Below are positions 1-7,629 of a DNA stretch of 32,000 nt, in pieces (position 1 is the first letter of the stretch; each line of letters starts with the position of its first letter). Location: positions 420,001 to 452,000 of the forward strand of contig OY760660.1 in NCBI GenBank assembly GCA_963663995.1, given 5' to 3'. Below the pieces are notes generated by a model, which was not told where the DNA came from, did no database searches, and saw only the letters and a list, made by a program, of their open reading frames with translations. The position numbers and the translations under genes were made by a program. This stretch comes from Erysipelotrichaceae bacterium (GTDB taxonomy: Bacteria; Bacillota_I; Bacilli_A; Erysipelotrichales; Erysipelotrichaceae).

Positions 1-78
1 AAGAATATCTTCAAAAAGCTTCAAAAAGAAGTGCTGAATTTGTATATAAGTTTGTCGCTAAACTTTAGGAGATATTAG

Positions 79-666
79 ATGGGCTTTGAGACAAGTCAAA
101 TTGTAGAGTTTTGGTTTAAACTTTTAATCGAGTACCGTGATTTAGGTCCAATTGCACCGATTGCTTTTATCATGCTAGAATCAATTTTTCCTTTTCTACC
201 ACTCGTTTTAATTGTTGCCTTTAATATTAGTGCTTATGGATCATTTTGGGGTTTCATCTATTCTTTAATTGGGAATATATGTGGTTCTTTACTGGTCTTT
301 TTTATTTTTAGATTTTTTAAACATCAGCCATTTATGAATCGATTTGTTCATCGCAAAAGAGTTGAGAAATGGCTTCAATGGGTCCTTCAACAACATCCAT
401 CATTTTTAGCTTTTCTATTTTCTTCACCTTTTACGCCAAGTTCCTTTGTTAATATATCCTTTGGTTTATCTGGATACAGTAAACGTTTATTTACTTTGAG
501 TATGATTATTGGGAAAACTTTCTTAATGTTATTTCTACTTAGTTTTGGGGCATCATTGAATGTTATTAATGAAAAACCCTACCTAATGATTCTTGTTTTG
601 GCAGGGTATGGTATTGTTTATCTTTTATCTCAAAAATATGGCAGAGTTACTGGTGAAGAAAATTAA
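79..666 (+). CDS. DedA / TVP38-TMEM64 (VTT-domain) family integral membrane protein
   Basis: 195-aa ORF that is hydrophobic throughout with several predicted helices. Layout is typical of the family (FPFLP...G..WG...G...G). AGGAGA RBS at 67-72. Confidence 0.55.
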   Translation: MGFETSQIVEFWFKLLIEYRDLGPIAPIAFIMLESIFPFLPLVLIVAFNISAYGSFWGFIYSLIGNICGSLLVFFIFRFFKHQPFMNRFVHRKRVEKWLQWVLQQHPSFLAFLFSSPFTPSSFVNISFGLSGYSKRLFTLSMIIGKTFLMLFLLSFGASLNVINEKPYLMILVLAGYGIVYLLSQKYGRVTGEEN

Positions 667-1175
667 TTTGTATATTCTGCTTTCCAAAGTTGGTTTTCAA
701 CCATCCATTGCTTAATATTTTGTGCAGTAAATAATGAATCATCTCGCCATTCATATACAGAATGAACTTGGATTTTATCATTTTCATAACTCAAAAGTGC
801 AAAAGCTGGATAATTTGAAAAACCAAGGTGATCTTTTAATGCTGAAGGTAAGATGTTTTCATTGATTTCAGTAATATCAACGAAATAGATTTGATCAAAT
901 ACATCAGTATTAGCGATATCTAAGAGTGCAGGAATGATTTCGGTATCAGTATAAATACAATCAGCATTTTCAAAACTACAGAAAAAGTAAGCTTTTGTAT
1001 CATTACCAATATGCTCTTTAATGTTTAAATAATCAACATGTAGGCTATTGTAATGATTAAATTCTACGATTTCAACTTCTTTTGGTTGAAAGAATAAATA
1101 GAGTATTGATAGAAGCATTGACATGACAATAAAGGCAAGAATGCTTAAATGAATTGGGTGTCTTTTTTGTTTCAT
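663..1175 (-). CDS. Hypothetical membrane-anchored protein; thioredoxin-like fold suspected, with atypical C-x6-C
   Basis: 170-aa ORF with an N-terminal KQKRH + TM anchor (LSILAFIVMSMLLSILYLFF). The extracytoplasmic domain has FFCSFENADC where thioredoxins carry WCxxC. No firm family assignment is possible by eye. Confidence 0.4.
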   Translation of the reverse strand: MKQKRHPIHLSILAFIVMSMLLSILYLFFQPKEVEIVEFNHYNSLHVDYLNIKEHIGNDTKAYFFCSFENADCIYTDTEIIPALLDIANTDVFDQIYFVDITEINENILPSALKDHLGFSNYPAFALLSYENDKIQVHSVYEWRDDSLFTAQNIKQWMVENQLWKAEYTN

Positions 1176-1182
1176 CTTTATT

Positions 1183-1191
1183 AGTTTAACA
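1183..1191 (-). promoter_or_regulatory. Extended -10 (TGTTAAACT on the minus strand) 7 nt upstream of the ATG at 1175
   Basis: Reverse complement of 1176-1191 reads TGTTAAACT-AATAAAG-ATG, with no Shine-Dalgarno in between. Confidence 0.3.
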
Positions 1192-1234
1192 TGAAAATAG
1201 AACGTACATTTCTCTTATTTCAAAAGCAAGACTT

Positions 1235-1243
1235 TGGTATAAT
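1235..1243 (+). promoter_or_regulatory. Extended -10 TGGTATAAT 7 nt upstream of the ATG at 1251
   Basis: TGGTATAAT at 1235-1243, then GTAGTTC, then ATG. No Shine-Dalgarno. Confidence 0.4.
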
Positions 1244-1250
1244 GTAGTTC

Positions 1251-1712
1251 ATGAATTCAGAACTAGCTCAACGTTTAAAAATTATTTTAATCATCAGTGG
1301 ATTTTTACTTTCTGCATTTATTTTCTATGTTTGGTTAATTGGTCCTATACAAGGTTTTGCGGCAGAGAATAAGCTGTTTTTAGAAAAGTTATACGATAAC
1401 ACTGTCTTTGATAATTGCGAACTCATCACAAATACTCAAATTGATAGTGAATCTCATCTTGCGCAGTGCCAAGTTAATGAAAGTCATATGGTTTATCTGA
1501 ATATGGATGACGATGCTAAGATTCTAGATCGACATAATTTCTTATTGGATCAATATGTAGAGAGTATTGATTTAATTAAAAGATTATATCAAGTTGATAT
1601 GGTTCAATTTTCTTATTACAATAATCAATTTGTCTTTAATATTAAAACGGTAGATGAAGAATTATTCTTAGATATTACAAATTTAGAGAAAGTGTTTAGT
1701 GTGAAAAAATGA
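1251..1712 (+). CDS. YpmB-like membrane-anchored (PepSY-like) protein
   Basis: 153-aa ORF with an N-terminal TM (IILIISGFLLSAFIFYVWLIG). Its stop overlaps the dnaD start (ATGA). Its position upstream of dnaD-nth matches B. subtilis ypmB. Sequence similarity was judged only loosely. Confidence 0.35.
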   Translation: MNSELAQRLKIILIISGFLLSAFIFYVWLIGPIQGFAAENKLFLEKLYDNTVFDNCELITNTQIDSESHLAQCQVNESHMVYLNMDDDAKILDRHNFLLDQYVESIDLIKRLYQVDMVQFSYYNNQFVFNIKTVDEELFLDITNLEKVFSVKK

Positions 1713-2251
1713 AAAATAATCCATTTATAGACTATATTAATTTAAGTGATTGGATTTTAGATCACATCAATCAATTAGATTTAGATACGCAAGAAACGAT
1801 TGTTTTACTTCAACTTGAATATTTAATACGTAAACAAAAACATATAGATCCAAAGCTCTTATCCAAACAATGTAATTTATCAGTAAAAGATTTTGATAAG
1901 AATTTAACATCGCTCATTCAAAAAGGTTATGTAAAAGTACTCATCAGTGAACAATCCGTTGGTTATGAATTGCAAAATTTATTTTCAAAAACGAGTGCGA
2001 TTGAAAATAAGTCAGAAAATCGAGATATTTTAGATATCTTTGAACAAGAATTTAAACGTCCATTATCAACGCATGAGATTGATAAATTGAATGATTGGTT
2101 AATGAAAATAGATTATGCTTATATCGTTCATGCTTTACGTGAGGCGGTTATTTATCAAAAAGTTAATTTTAATTATATTGATCGAATTTTAGTCAGTTGG
2201 TTAGATAAAGGTTTAAAACTAGAGGATTTAGATGCTGGCAAGAAGTCATGA
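1709..2251 (+). CDS. dnaD: Replication initiation / membrane attachment protein DnaD
   Basis: 180 aa with a C-terminal DnaD/DnaB_2 domain pattern (ILDIFEQEFKRPLSTHEIDKLNDW...YIDRILVSWLDKG). Shows the conserved dnaD-nth adjacency, with ATGA overlap at both ends. Confidence 0.8.
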   Translation: MKNNPFIDYINLSDWILDHINQLDLDTQETIVLLQLEYLIRKQKHIDPKLLSKQCNLSVKDFDKNLTSLIQKGYVKVLISEQSVGYELQNLFSKTSAIENKSENRDILDIFEQEFKRPLSTHEIDKLNDWLMKIDYAYIVHALREAVIYQKVNFNYIDRILVSWLDKGLKLEDLDAGKKS

Positions 2252-2889
2252 CAGATAAACAAAGACGAATATTAGATACTATTTATTCAATGTTTCCAGA
2301 TGCTTGTTGTGAACTTGATTATCAAACGAATGAACAATTAGCAATAGCGGTCATTTTAAGTGCCCAGACAACAGATAAACTTGTAAATAAGGTGACACCA
2401 TCAATTTATAAAAAGTTTCCAACAATGGATGATTTAGCGGATGCTGATGTATCTGATATTGAAAACTGTATAAAACGTATTGGTTTATATCGTAATAAAG
2501 CTAAAAACATTAAAGCATTTGCGAATGAATTAAGAGCTCGTCATAATGGACAACTCCCAAGTGATCCCTATGACCTTAAAGCTTTATCAGGGGTTGGTCA
2601 AAAGACTTCACAAGTAATCCTTGCAGAAGTTTTTAAAACACCCGCATTGGCTGTAGATACGCATGTCCATCGTGTGTCGCAACGCTTAGCGCTCACAAAA
2701 ACGGGAAGTAATGTTGATCAAACAGAGAAAGCCCTAAAACGAATTATTCCAAAAGATGAGTGGATACTAGCCCATCATCGAATTTTATGGTTTGGACGCT
2801 ATCATTGTTTAGCACGCAATCCAAAATGTGATGAATGTCCTCTTGTTGATATTTGTCGATATTATAAAAGCGAAAGAAAAGCGACCTGA
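2248..2889 (+). CDS. nth: Endonuclease III (DNA-(apurinic/apyrimidinic site) lyase)
   Basis: 213 aa. Helix-hairpin-helix LSGVGQKTSQVIL, catalytic VDTHVHRV region, and C-terminal 4Fe-4S motif CLARNPKCDECPLVDIC (C-x6-C-x2-C-x5-C). Confidence 0.92.
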   Translation: MTDKQRRILDTIYSMFPDACCELDYQTNEQLAIAVILSAQTTDKLVNKVTPSIYKKFPTMDDLADADVSDIENCIKRIGLYRNKAKNIKAFANELRARHNGQLPSDPYDLKALSGVGQKTSQVILAEVFKTPALAVDTHVHRVSQRLALTKTGSNVDQTEKALKRIIPKDEWILAHHRILWFGRYHCLARNPKCDECPLVDICRYYKSERKAT

Positions 2890-2899
2890 GTCGCTTTTT
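2877..2899. terminator. Bidirectional rho-independent terminator between convergent nth and ponA
   Basis: AAAAGCGAC-CTGA-GTCGCTTTTT. An A-run and a T-run flank a GC-rich stem. The nth stop lies in the loop and the ponA stop in the T-run. Confidence 0.7.
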
Positions 2900-5800
2900 A
2901 GTTTGTTGTAATTGTATACCTGATAACGTAAGTTTGTTGGAAACTTTCATTACCTGTATCAGTAGCAGTTACAGAGAATATGTTATTTATATTAGTAACA
3001 CCAGCAGCAGGTACAAATATGAAACTTCCATCAGTTTCATTAATTGTTACTGTGCCTTGAATACCTTGTTGAATACTATATGCTAGAGAATCATTATCAG
3101 GATCAACAATATATACAGTTGTACCTTTAGGGGATGTTAATAACAGTCTATCTTTGTCAGGATCAGTGCTATCAGTAATGATTAATGCAATACCAGCATC
3201 AGATAATTTTGGTTTACTATTGACGGCTGTATATGTGACATTTCCTGAACTAACAATTGTGCTTAATTTTACTGGATTATTAGCTGTTGCAGTTGTGTTT
3301 CCATATTTTACACTTGTAATCGTTCCTGATGAAGGACCAGTGCAAGTTACAATAGAACAATAACTTGGTCTAATGCTTGCAGATTTTCCGACAAAATCTT
3401 CATATAGTGATACATTTTTATCGACTACATTTGCTGTAAATGTATATTGAGATAGTTTTGATTTCTCAATTGAACTAGAGGCTGAAGCAGGATTTGTTGT
3501 AACGGTTGAAATTTTGCCAATTAAACTACTTGATACACCCGCTGGGTAGGATGTAGTAACTGTGTATTTAAGGCTATTTGCTTCCATGAAGGTTGTGAAT
3601 TCTTCTTTTGTTTTCCCAGTAAAATCAGGAATGGTTAGATATAAATCATCTAGAGCAATTGTTTGACATATTTCTGAAGAGTTAAAACTTACAAAATCAT
3701 ATGAATAGTAAGCACAGCCTTTTACAGTACTTGTATCTGCAACCGTTAATGTTGATGTAAATGTGCTTGAATCAGATTTTAATTCTTGTACAACTTTATC
3801 ATCTACATATATTTTGAGTTTATATTTAACTGGACCATAGATCCAAGAGTAATCAAATAAACGTGTGCCGGTTGCAGTAACAGTTTGATTAGCAACGGTT
3901 AAAGAATAATCTTTAGTTGTTGGAGCGACGGTTAATTTACTCGCATCTGGATATTCATTCATCGTGAAAGTAAAGGTTTTACTTGTTCCACTGGCACTAA
4001 CACTTGCGCTTAATGAACTAGGATTAGCGATGCTAGGTGCAGCAAGTGGAGATAGGTTTGCGTATTCTGATTTAATTAAACCGGAAACGACAAGTTCAGG
4101 GTTTGTATTTTCATTTGGAGCAACATATGGATAGACACCCATAACATGTGTCACATCAACCACTGACGAAGGGCGACTTACGATTGCTGGAGCACTACGA
4201 TCTTCATAAATGCTATTTAAAATCGCATTATTGATTCTACCAGGAAGATTTAAATTGATTTGAGCTCGATCTAAATAAGATATTTGATCAACAACTGCTT
4301 TATCGTAACCAACCCAAACAGCGGTTGTAAATTCACTGGTTGAAGCAACCATCCATTTATCCTTCGCTGCACCGGCTGGGATACCATACTCAACCCCTGT
4401 ATCTCCCCAATCAGAAGTACCAGTTTTAGCATAAACTTGGAAATTTCTTCTTAGAATTTGCATGAAGTTTGAATAAGGACCAGAGACATCTTGTTCCATC
4501 ATCATTGTGGTCATGTATGCAGCCGCATCAGATATGACAGCGGTTGAGGAGTAACTTGGTGTAATGGGTTCAGTTCCATCTAAGAATTCAATACGTGTGA
4601 CTGTATGTGGAGTGATATATTCACCGCCATTTATCATCGTAGAAACTGCTCCTGCCATTTGTGAAGGGGAGGCTTCAAACGTTGATCCGCCAATACCATA
4701 ACCAATATCAAATGTATCTGTTGTGACATCAGTGAAACCAATTGCATTCATATATTCAACAACTTTTGTTGTACCGATAGTATTGACAACAGAAGTTAAA
4801 GTTTGAATCGCTGGTATGTTTAGTGAATTACCTAAAGCACTAGGAAGAAGGACATCACCGCGATATATGTTATCCCAGTTTTTGATGATAACATCAATAC
4901 CTTCGTATTTTATTGGCATATCTTCCAACATATGTTGAGTAGACCAACCTAAGTTTTCAAAAGCTAATGGATAAGTTAAAACAACTTTGGCACTTGAACC
5001 TGGTTGTCTTGTCATATCGACAGCACGATTATAGAGTCTTTCGCCATCATAGAAGCGTCCTCCACCAATCGCAATAATTTCACCTGTTTGATTATTCATA
5101 CTTACAATCCCAGTCTGAATAATTTCATTTGGCCAAACGACACCATCTACTTCACCATTTTGAATAGCATCAACGGTATCTTGAGTGTTACGATCCATTG
5201 TTGTATAGATACGCATAGGTACATCAACAGGATCCATTCCTGTTAGTTCCATGACTTCATTTACGACGACGTCGACATAGGCTTGATAAGGAATTGATTG
5301 GTCTGAAGTTGAGGTTGAACCAACTAATAAATTTTCTAAGTTTGTGGTTAAAGCTAATTCATATTCTTCATTACTGATATAACCATGTCGTTCCATTTGA
5401 TATAAAACGGTATTGGTTCTCTCTTGTGCTAGGTCAAGATTATTCATAGGGTTATAGTACGTAGGAGCATTAATAACTCCAGCTAAGAAAGCAGCTTCAC
5501 TTAAATTTACATCAGTGATATCTTTACCAAAATAATATTGAGCAGCTGTTTGAATTCCACGTTTGTTTCCAGGAACTCCAAAATTCAAACGATTTAGATA
5601 AAGTTCTAAAATACGTTTTTTACTTAATAAATTTTCAGAGTTAATCGCTGTGTATATTTCTCTAAGTTTACGATTAATACCAGCTAATCCACTACGAACA
5701 GCGGTAGCTTCTTCAGTTTCAAAATAGGTTCCTTTAACCAATTGCATGGTAAAGGTTGAACCACCTGAGGCAATACTCATGGTTCTAATATTATCTATAA

Positions 5801-6206
5801 AAGCTTTTGTGAAACGCGGTAAATCAAAGCCATTATGTTCAAAGAAGCGTGAATCTTCAATCGAGACAAATGCATCTATAACAGTTTGTGGTAAATCATC
5901 ATAACTGATATTTTCGCGAATTTGATAACCAACATCAGCGATTAAAACACCATTTGAATCAAAGATTTTTGAAGAATTTTGACTTACAAAATCTTCAACA
6001 TTTAAACTTGGCGCATCTTTTAAAACATAGACTAGATAGGATAGTCCAAAAGCTCCGCCAATAAGTTCCAAGACTAAAAGAACTAAAATAATCTTTTTTA
6101 ATAAAAGAAATTTTATGCCTTTTTGATTTGGATCTTTTGGTTTTTTATTTAACTTGAGACTTTTTAGTTTCAAGTTATTTAATTTAAATTTTGGTTTTAA
6201 AGCCAT
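2898..6206 (-). CDS. ponA: Class A penicillin-binding protein (PBP1A; glycosyltransferase + transpeptidase) with a long C-terminal extension
   Basis: 1102 aa with an N-terminal TM. GT51 motifs: EDSRFFEHNGFD, GGSTFTMQLVK, RKLREIY. Transpeptidase motifs: SSAK (SxxK), SLN (SxN), KTGTS (KTG). Located downstream of recU as in other Bacillota. Confidence 0.93.
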   Translation of the reverse strand: MALKPKFKLNNLKLKSLKLNKKPKDPNQKGIKFLLLKKIILVLLVLELIGGAFGLSYLVYVLKDAPSLNVEDFVSQNSSKIFDSNGVLIADVGYQIRENISYDDLPQTVIDAFVSIEDSRFFEHNGFDLPRFTKAFIDNIRTMSIASGGSTFTMQLVKGTYFETEEATAVRSGLAGINRKLREIYTAINSENLLSKKRILELYLNRLNFGVPGNKRGIQTAAQYYFGKDITDVNLSEAAFLAGVINAPTYYNPMNNLDLAQERTNTVLYQMERHGYISNEEYELALTTNLENLLVGSTSTSDQSIPYQAYVDVVVNEVMELTGMDPVDVPMRIYTTMDRNTQDTVDAIQNGEVDGVVWPNEIIQTGIVSMNNQTGEIIAIGGGRFYDGERLYNRAVDMTRQPGSSAKVVLTYPLAFENLGWSTQHMLEDMPIKYEGIDVIIKNWDNIYRGDVLLPSALGNSLNIPAIQTLTSVVNTIGTTKVVEYMNAIGFTDVTTDTFDIGYGIGGSTFEASPSQMAGAVSTMINGGEYITPHTVTRIEFLDGTEPITPSYSSTAVISDAAAYMTTMMMEQDVSGPYSNFMQILRRNFQVYAKTGTSDWGDTGVEYGIPAGAAKDKWMVASTSEFTTAVWVGYDKAVVDQISYLDRAQINLNLPGRINNAILNSIYEDRSAPAIVSRPSSVVDVTHVMGVYPYVAPNENTNPELVVSGLIKSEYANLSPLAAPSIANPSSLSASVSASGTSKTFTFTMNEYPDASKLTVAPTTKDYSLTVANQTVTATGTRLFDYSWIYGPVKYKLKIYVDDKVVQELKSDSSTFTSTLTVADTSTVKGCAYYSYDFVSFNSSEICQTIALDDLYLTIPDFTGKTKEEFTTFMEANSLKYTVTTSYPAGVSSSLIGKISTVTTNPASASSSIEKSKLSQYTFTANVVDKNVSLYEDFVGKSASIRPSYCSIVTCTGPSSGTITSVKYGNTTATANNPVKLSTIVSSGNVTYTAVNSKPKLSDAGIALIITDSTDPDKDRLLLTSPKGTTVYIVDPDNDSLAYSIQQGIQGTVTINETDGSFIFVPAAGVTNINNIFSVTATDTGNESFQQTYVIRYTITTN

Positions 6207-6207
6207 G

Positions 6208-6786
6208 TTAGTCTCCCTTAAATAGCACGTTATCTAAGACCTTTAGATAATCGACTGGCCGTAATAGATGATAGTTTATTCGATAAGCTTTTTCAAGAAT
6301 CCACTTATAGGGAAGTGATTTTCTCTTATTTAGTTTAACAAATTCAAGATAATCCTCAATAAAGAGTAAGTAGGTTTCATCTAAACTTGTAAAACGAATA
6401 ATTAAGAAGGCTATGCCTCCATGTTCAACAACTCTTCGCATATGATCAATTTGATGTTGATGAATATTGGCTAAAACAAAGGATGTTCTAGACCTTGACT
6501 CTTTTGCTTCGAAGTCGATATAACGTGATTTATAGATACCGTTATAGTCAGTTGTTGAAGCGATTTTATAGTATGCTTCTGTAATTTTAGCTTTATTACG
6601 AGCAGGATAATCTACTTTAACAACTTGTACTGGTGTTGGTTTTTTGTAGATAAGTGCGCGGTTATCATTTAAATAGGATTGATTGGTTGTATTTAAATCA
6701 TCTTCTAAGGACATACCACGATTTGCAGTATTCTTATTTAAAGCATGATCTGAAACCTTGAGACGTTTTGTTGGATAGTTAATCAT
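6208..6786 (-). CDS. recU: Holliday junction resolvase RecU
   Basis: 192 aa. Near-collinear with B. subtilis RecU as I recall it (NRGMSLEDDLN, KKPTPVQVV, STTDYNGIYKSRYIDFEAKE). Its stop lies 1 nt before the ponA start. Confidence 0.92.
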   Translation of the reverse strand: MINYPTKRLKVSDHALNKNTANRGMSLEDDLNTTNQSYLNDNRALIYKKPTPVQVVKVDYPARNKAKITEAYYKIASTTDYNGIYKSRYIDFEAKESRSRTSFVLANIHQHQIDHMRRVVEHGGIAFLIIRFTSLDETYLLFIEDYLEFVKLNKRKSLPYKWILEKAYRINYHLLRPVDYLKVLDNVLFKGD

Positions 6787-6833
6787 TACCTTGACATTAT
6801 ACCTTAAAACCTTTCAATTCGTTTTTCTATCAG

Positions 6834-6862
6834 TTGAAAAGGTGGGTGGAATTTGCTATAAG
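6834..6862 (+). promoter_or_regulatory. Sigma-A-type promoter for gpsB (TTGAAA-17 nt-TATAAG)
   Basis: TTGAAA at 6834-6839 and TATAAG at 6857-6862. AAGGTGA RBS at 6871-6877 precedes the ATG at 6884. Confidence 0.45.
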
Positions 6863-6883
6863 TAATATGCAAGGTGATTCATT

Positions 6884-7198
6884 ATGAAAACATTTGGAAA
6901 ACATTCCGCTAAAAGTATCTATGAACAAAGTTTCAACATTGAATTTAAAGGTTATTCAATGATTGAAGTCGACCAATTTTTGGATGAAGTTATTCAAGAT
7001 TACACATTTTTTGAAAAGCAACTTCAAACGGTTAATGAAGTGATACAAGATCTTCAAAAACAAAATGCAAATTTGAAAGCACGTTTGATTGAGGCAGAAG
7101 GTCGACTAGATATCAACAATACTGGTGAAATCAATGTTCAACAAACTGATTTAATGAAGCGTCTCGCAAAACTTGAAAGTGAAGTCTATAAAAAATAA
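6884..7198 (+). CDS. gpsB: Cell-cycle protein GpsB (DivIVA-domain)
   Basis: 104 aa. DivIVA N-domain (FKGYSMIEVDQFLDEVIQDY), a coiled coil, and the GpsB C-terminal motif (DLMKRLAKLESEVY). Confidence 0.88.
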   Translation: MKTFGKHSAKSIYEQSFNIEFKGYSMIEVDQFLDEVIQDYTFFEKQLQTVNEVIQDLQKQNANLKARLIEAEGRLDINNTGEINVQQTDLMKRLAKLESEVYKK

Positions 7199-7550
7199 AA
7201 ACATGAGGGCAATCGCTGGATCGTAAGATTTAGAGGAAAGTCCATGCTCGCACAATCTGTGATGATTGTAGTGTTTATGCTGAGCCAATCAATAAGCTCA
7301 GGTACTTAGTGATAAGTAACGGCAGGATTAATCCTAAGGCGCAAGCTATGGAAGCGTCCTTGAAAGTGCCACAGTGACGTAGTCTAATTAGAAATGATTA
7401 GAGTGGAACGCGGTAAACCCCATAAGCGAGAAACCCAAATTTGGTAGGGGAACTTCAAAAAACTAAACGAAGTTTGATGAAGACACTATGTGTAGATAAA
7501 TGGTTGCCACCACACTTGTGTGGGACAGAACATGGCTTACATCATGTTTT
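7198..7550 (+). ncRNA. rnpB: RNase P RNA, Bacillus type (type B)
   Basis: Universally conserved GAGGAAAGTCCATGCTCGCAC near the 5' end and ACAGAACATGGCTTA near the 3' end. P1 pairing of AAAACATGA (7198-7206) with TCATGTTTT (7542-7550). Exact mature ends are uncertain by a few nt. Confidence 0.9.
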
Positions 7551-7555
7551 AATTG

Positions 7556-7585
7556 AAATGGGGAAAATTTTCCCCATTTTGTTTG
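7556..7585 (+). terminator. Rho-independent terminator after rnpB
   Basis: Perfect 24-bp palindrome AAATGGGGAAAATTTTCCCCATTT (7556-7579) followed by T-rich sequence. Confidence 0.75.
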
Positions 7586-7629
7586 TTTAGAAGACATTGT
7601 TTAGTTATAATGGATAGAGGTGTTTTTTT

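Noticed and set aside
1-78. Open frame 1 running from the window edge to TAG at 76-78, possibly the 3' end of an upstream gene abutting the ATG at 79
   Set aside because: Only 25 codons are visible (KNIFKKLQKEVLNLYISLSLNFRRY) with no recognisable motif. In AT-rich DNA this length can stay open by chance, so I do not call it as a feature.
2744-2950. 68-aa minus-strand ORF spanning the nth 3' end and the terminator
   Set aside because: It overlaps the well-supported nth CDS and the bidirectional terminator, and has no RBS or recognisable motif. It is an AT-rich shadow ORF.
2901-4199. S/T-rich C-terminal PBP region as tandem DNA repeats or a contingency locus
   Set aside because: I see no nucleotide-level tandem repetition. 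The Ser/Thr richness is dispersed and uses mixed codons, consistent with beta-rich extracellular domains rather than slippage-prone repeats.
3154-5246. Two + strand ORFs (3154-3363 and 5004-5246) inside ponA
   Set aside because: Both are antisense to a strongly supported 1102-aa PBP gene. They have no translation signals, and their composition is typical of a reverse-frame artefact.
7556-7579. Perfect 24-bp palindrome as a possible protein operator for the rodZ operon
   Set aside because: Its GGGG/CCCC stem, its T-rich tail and its position right after rnpB are fully explained by a rho-independent terminator.
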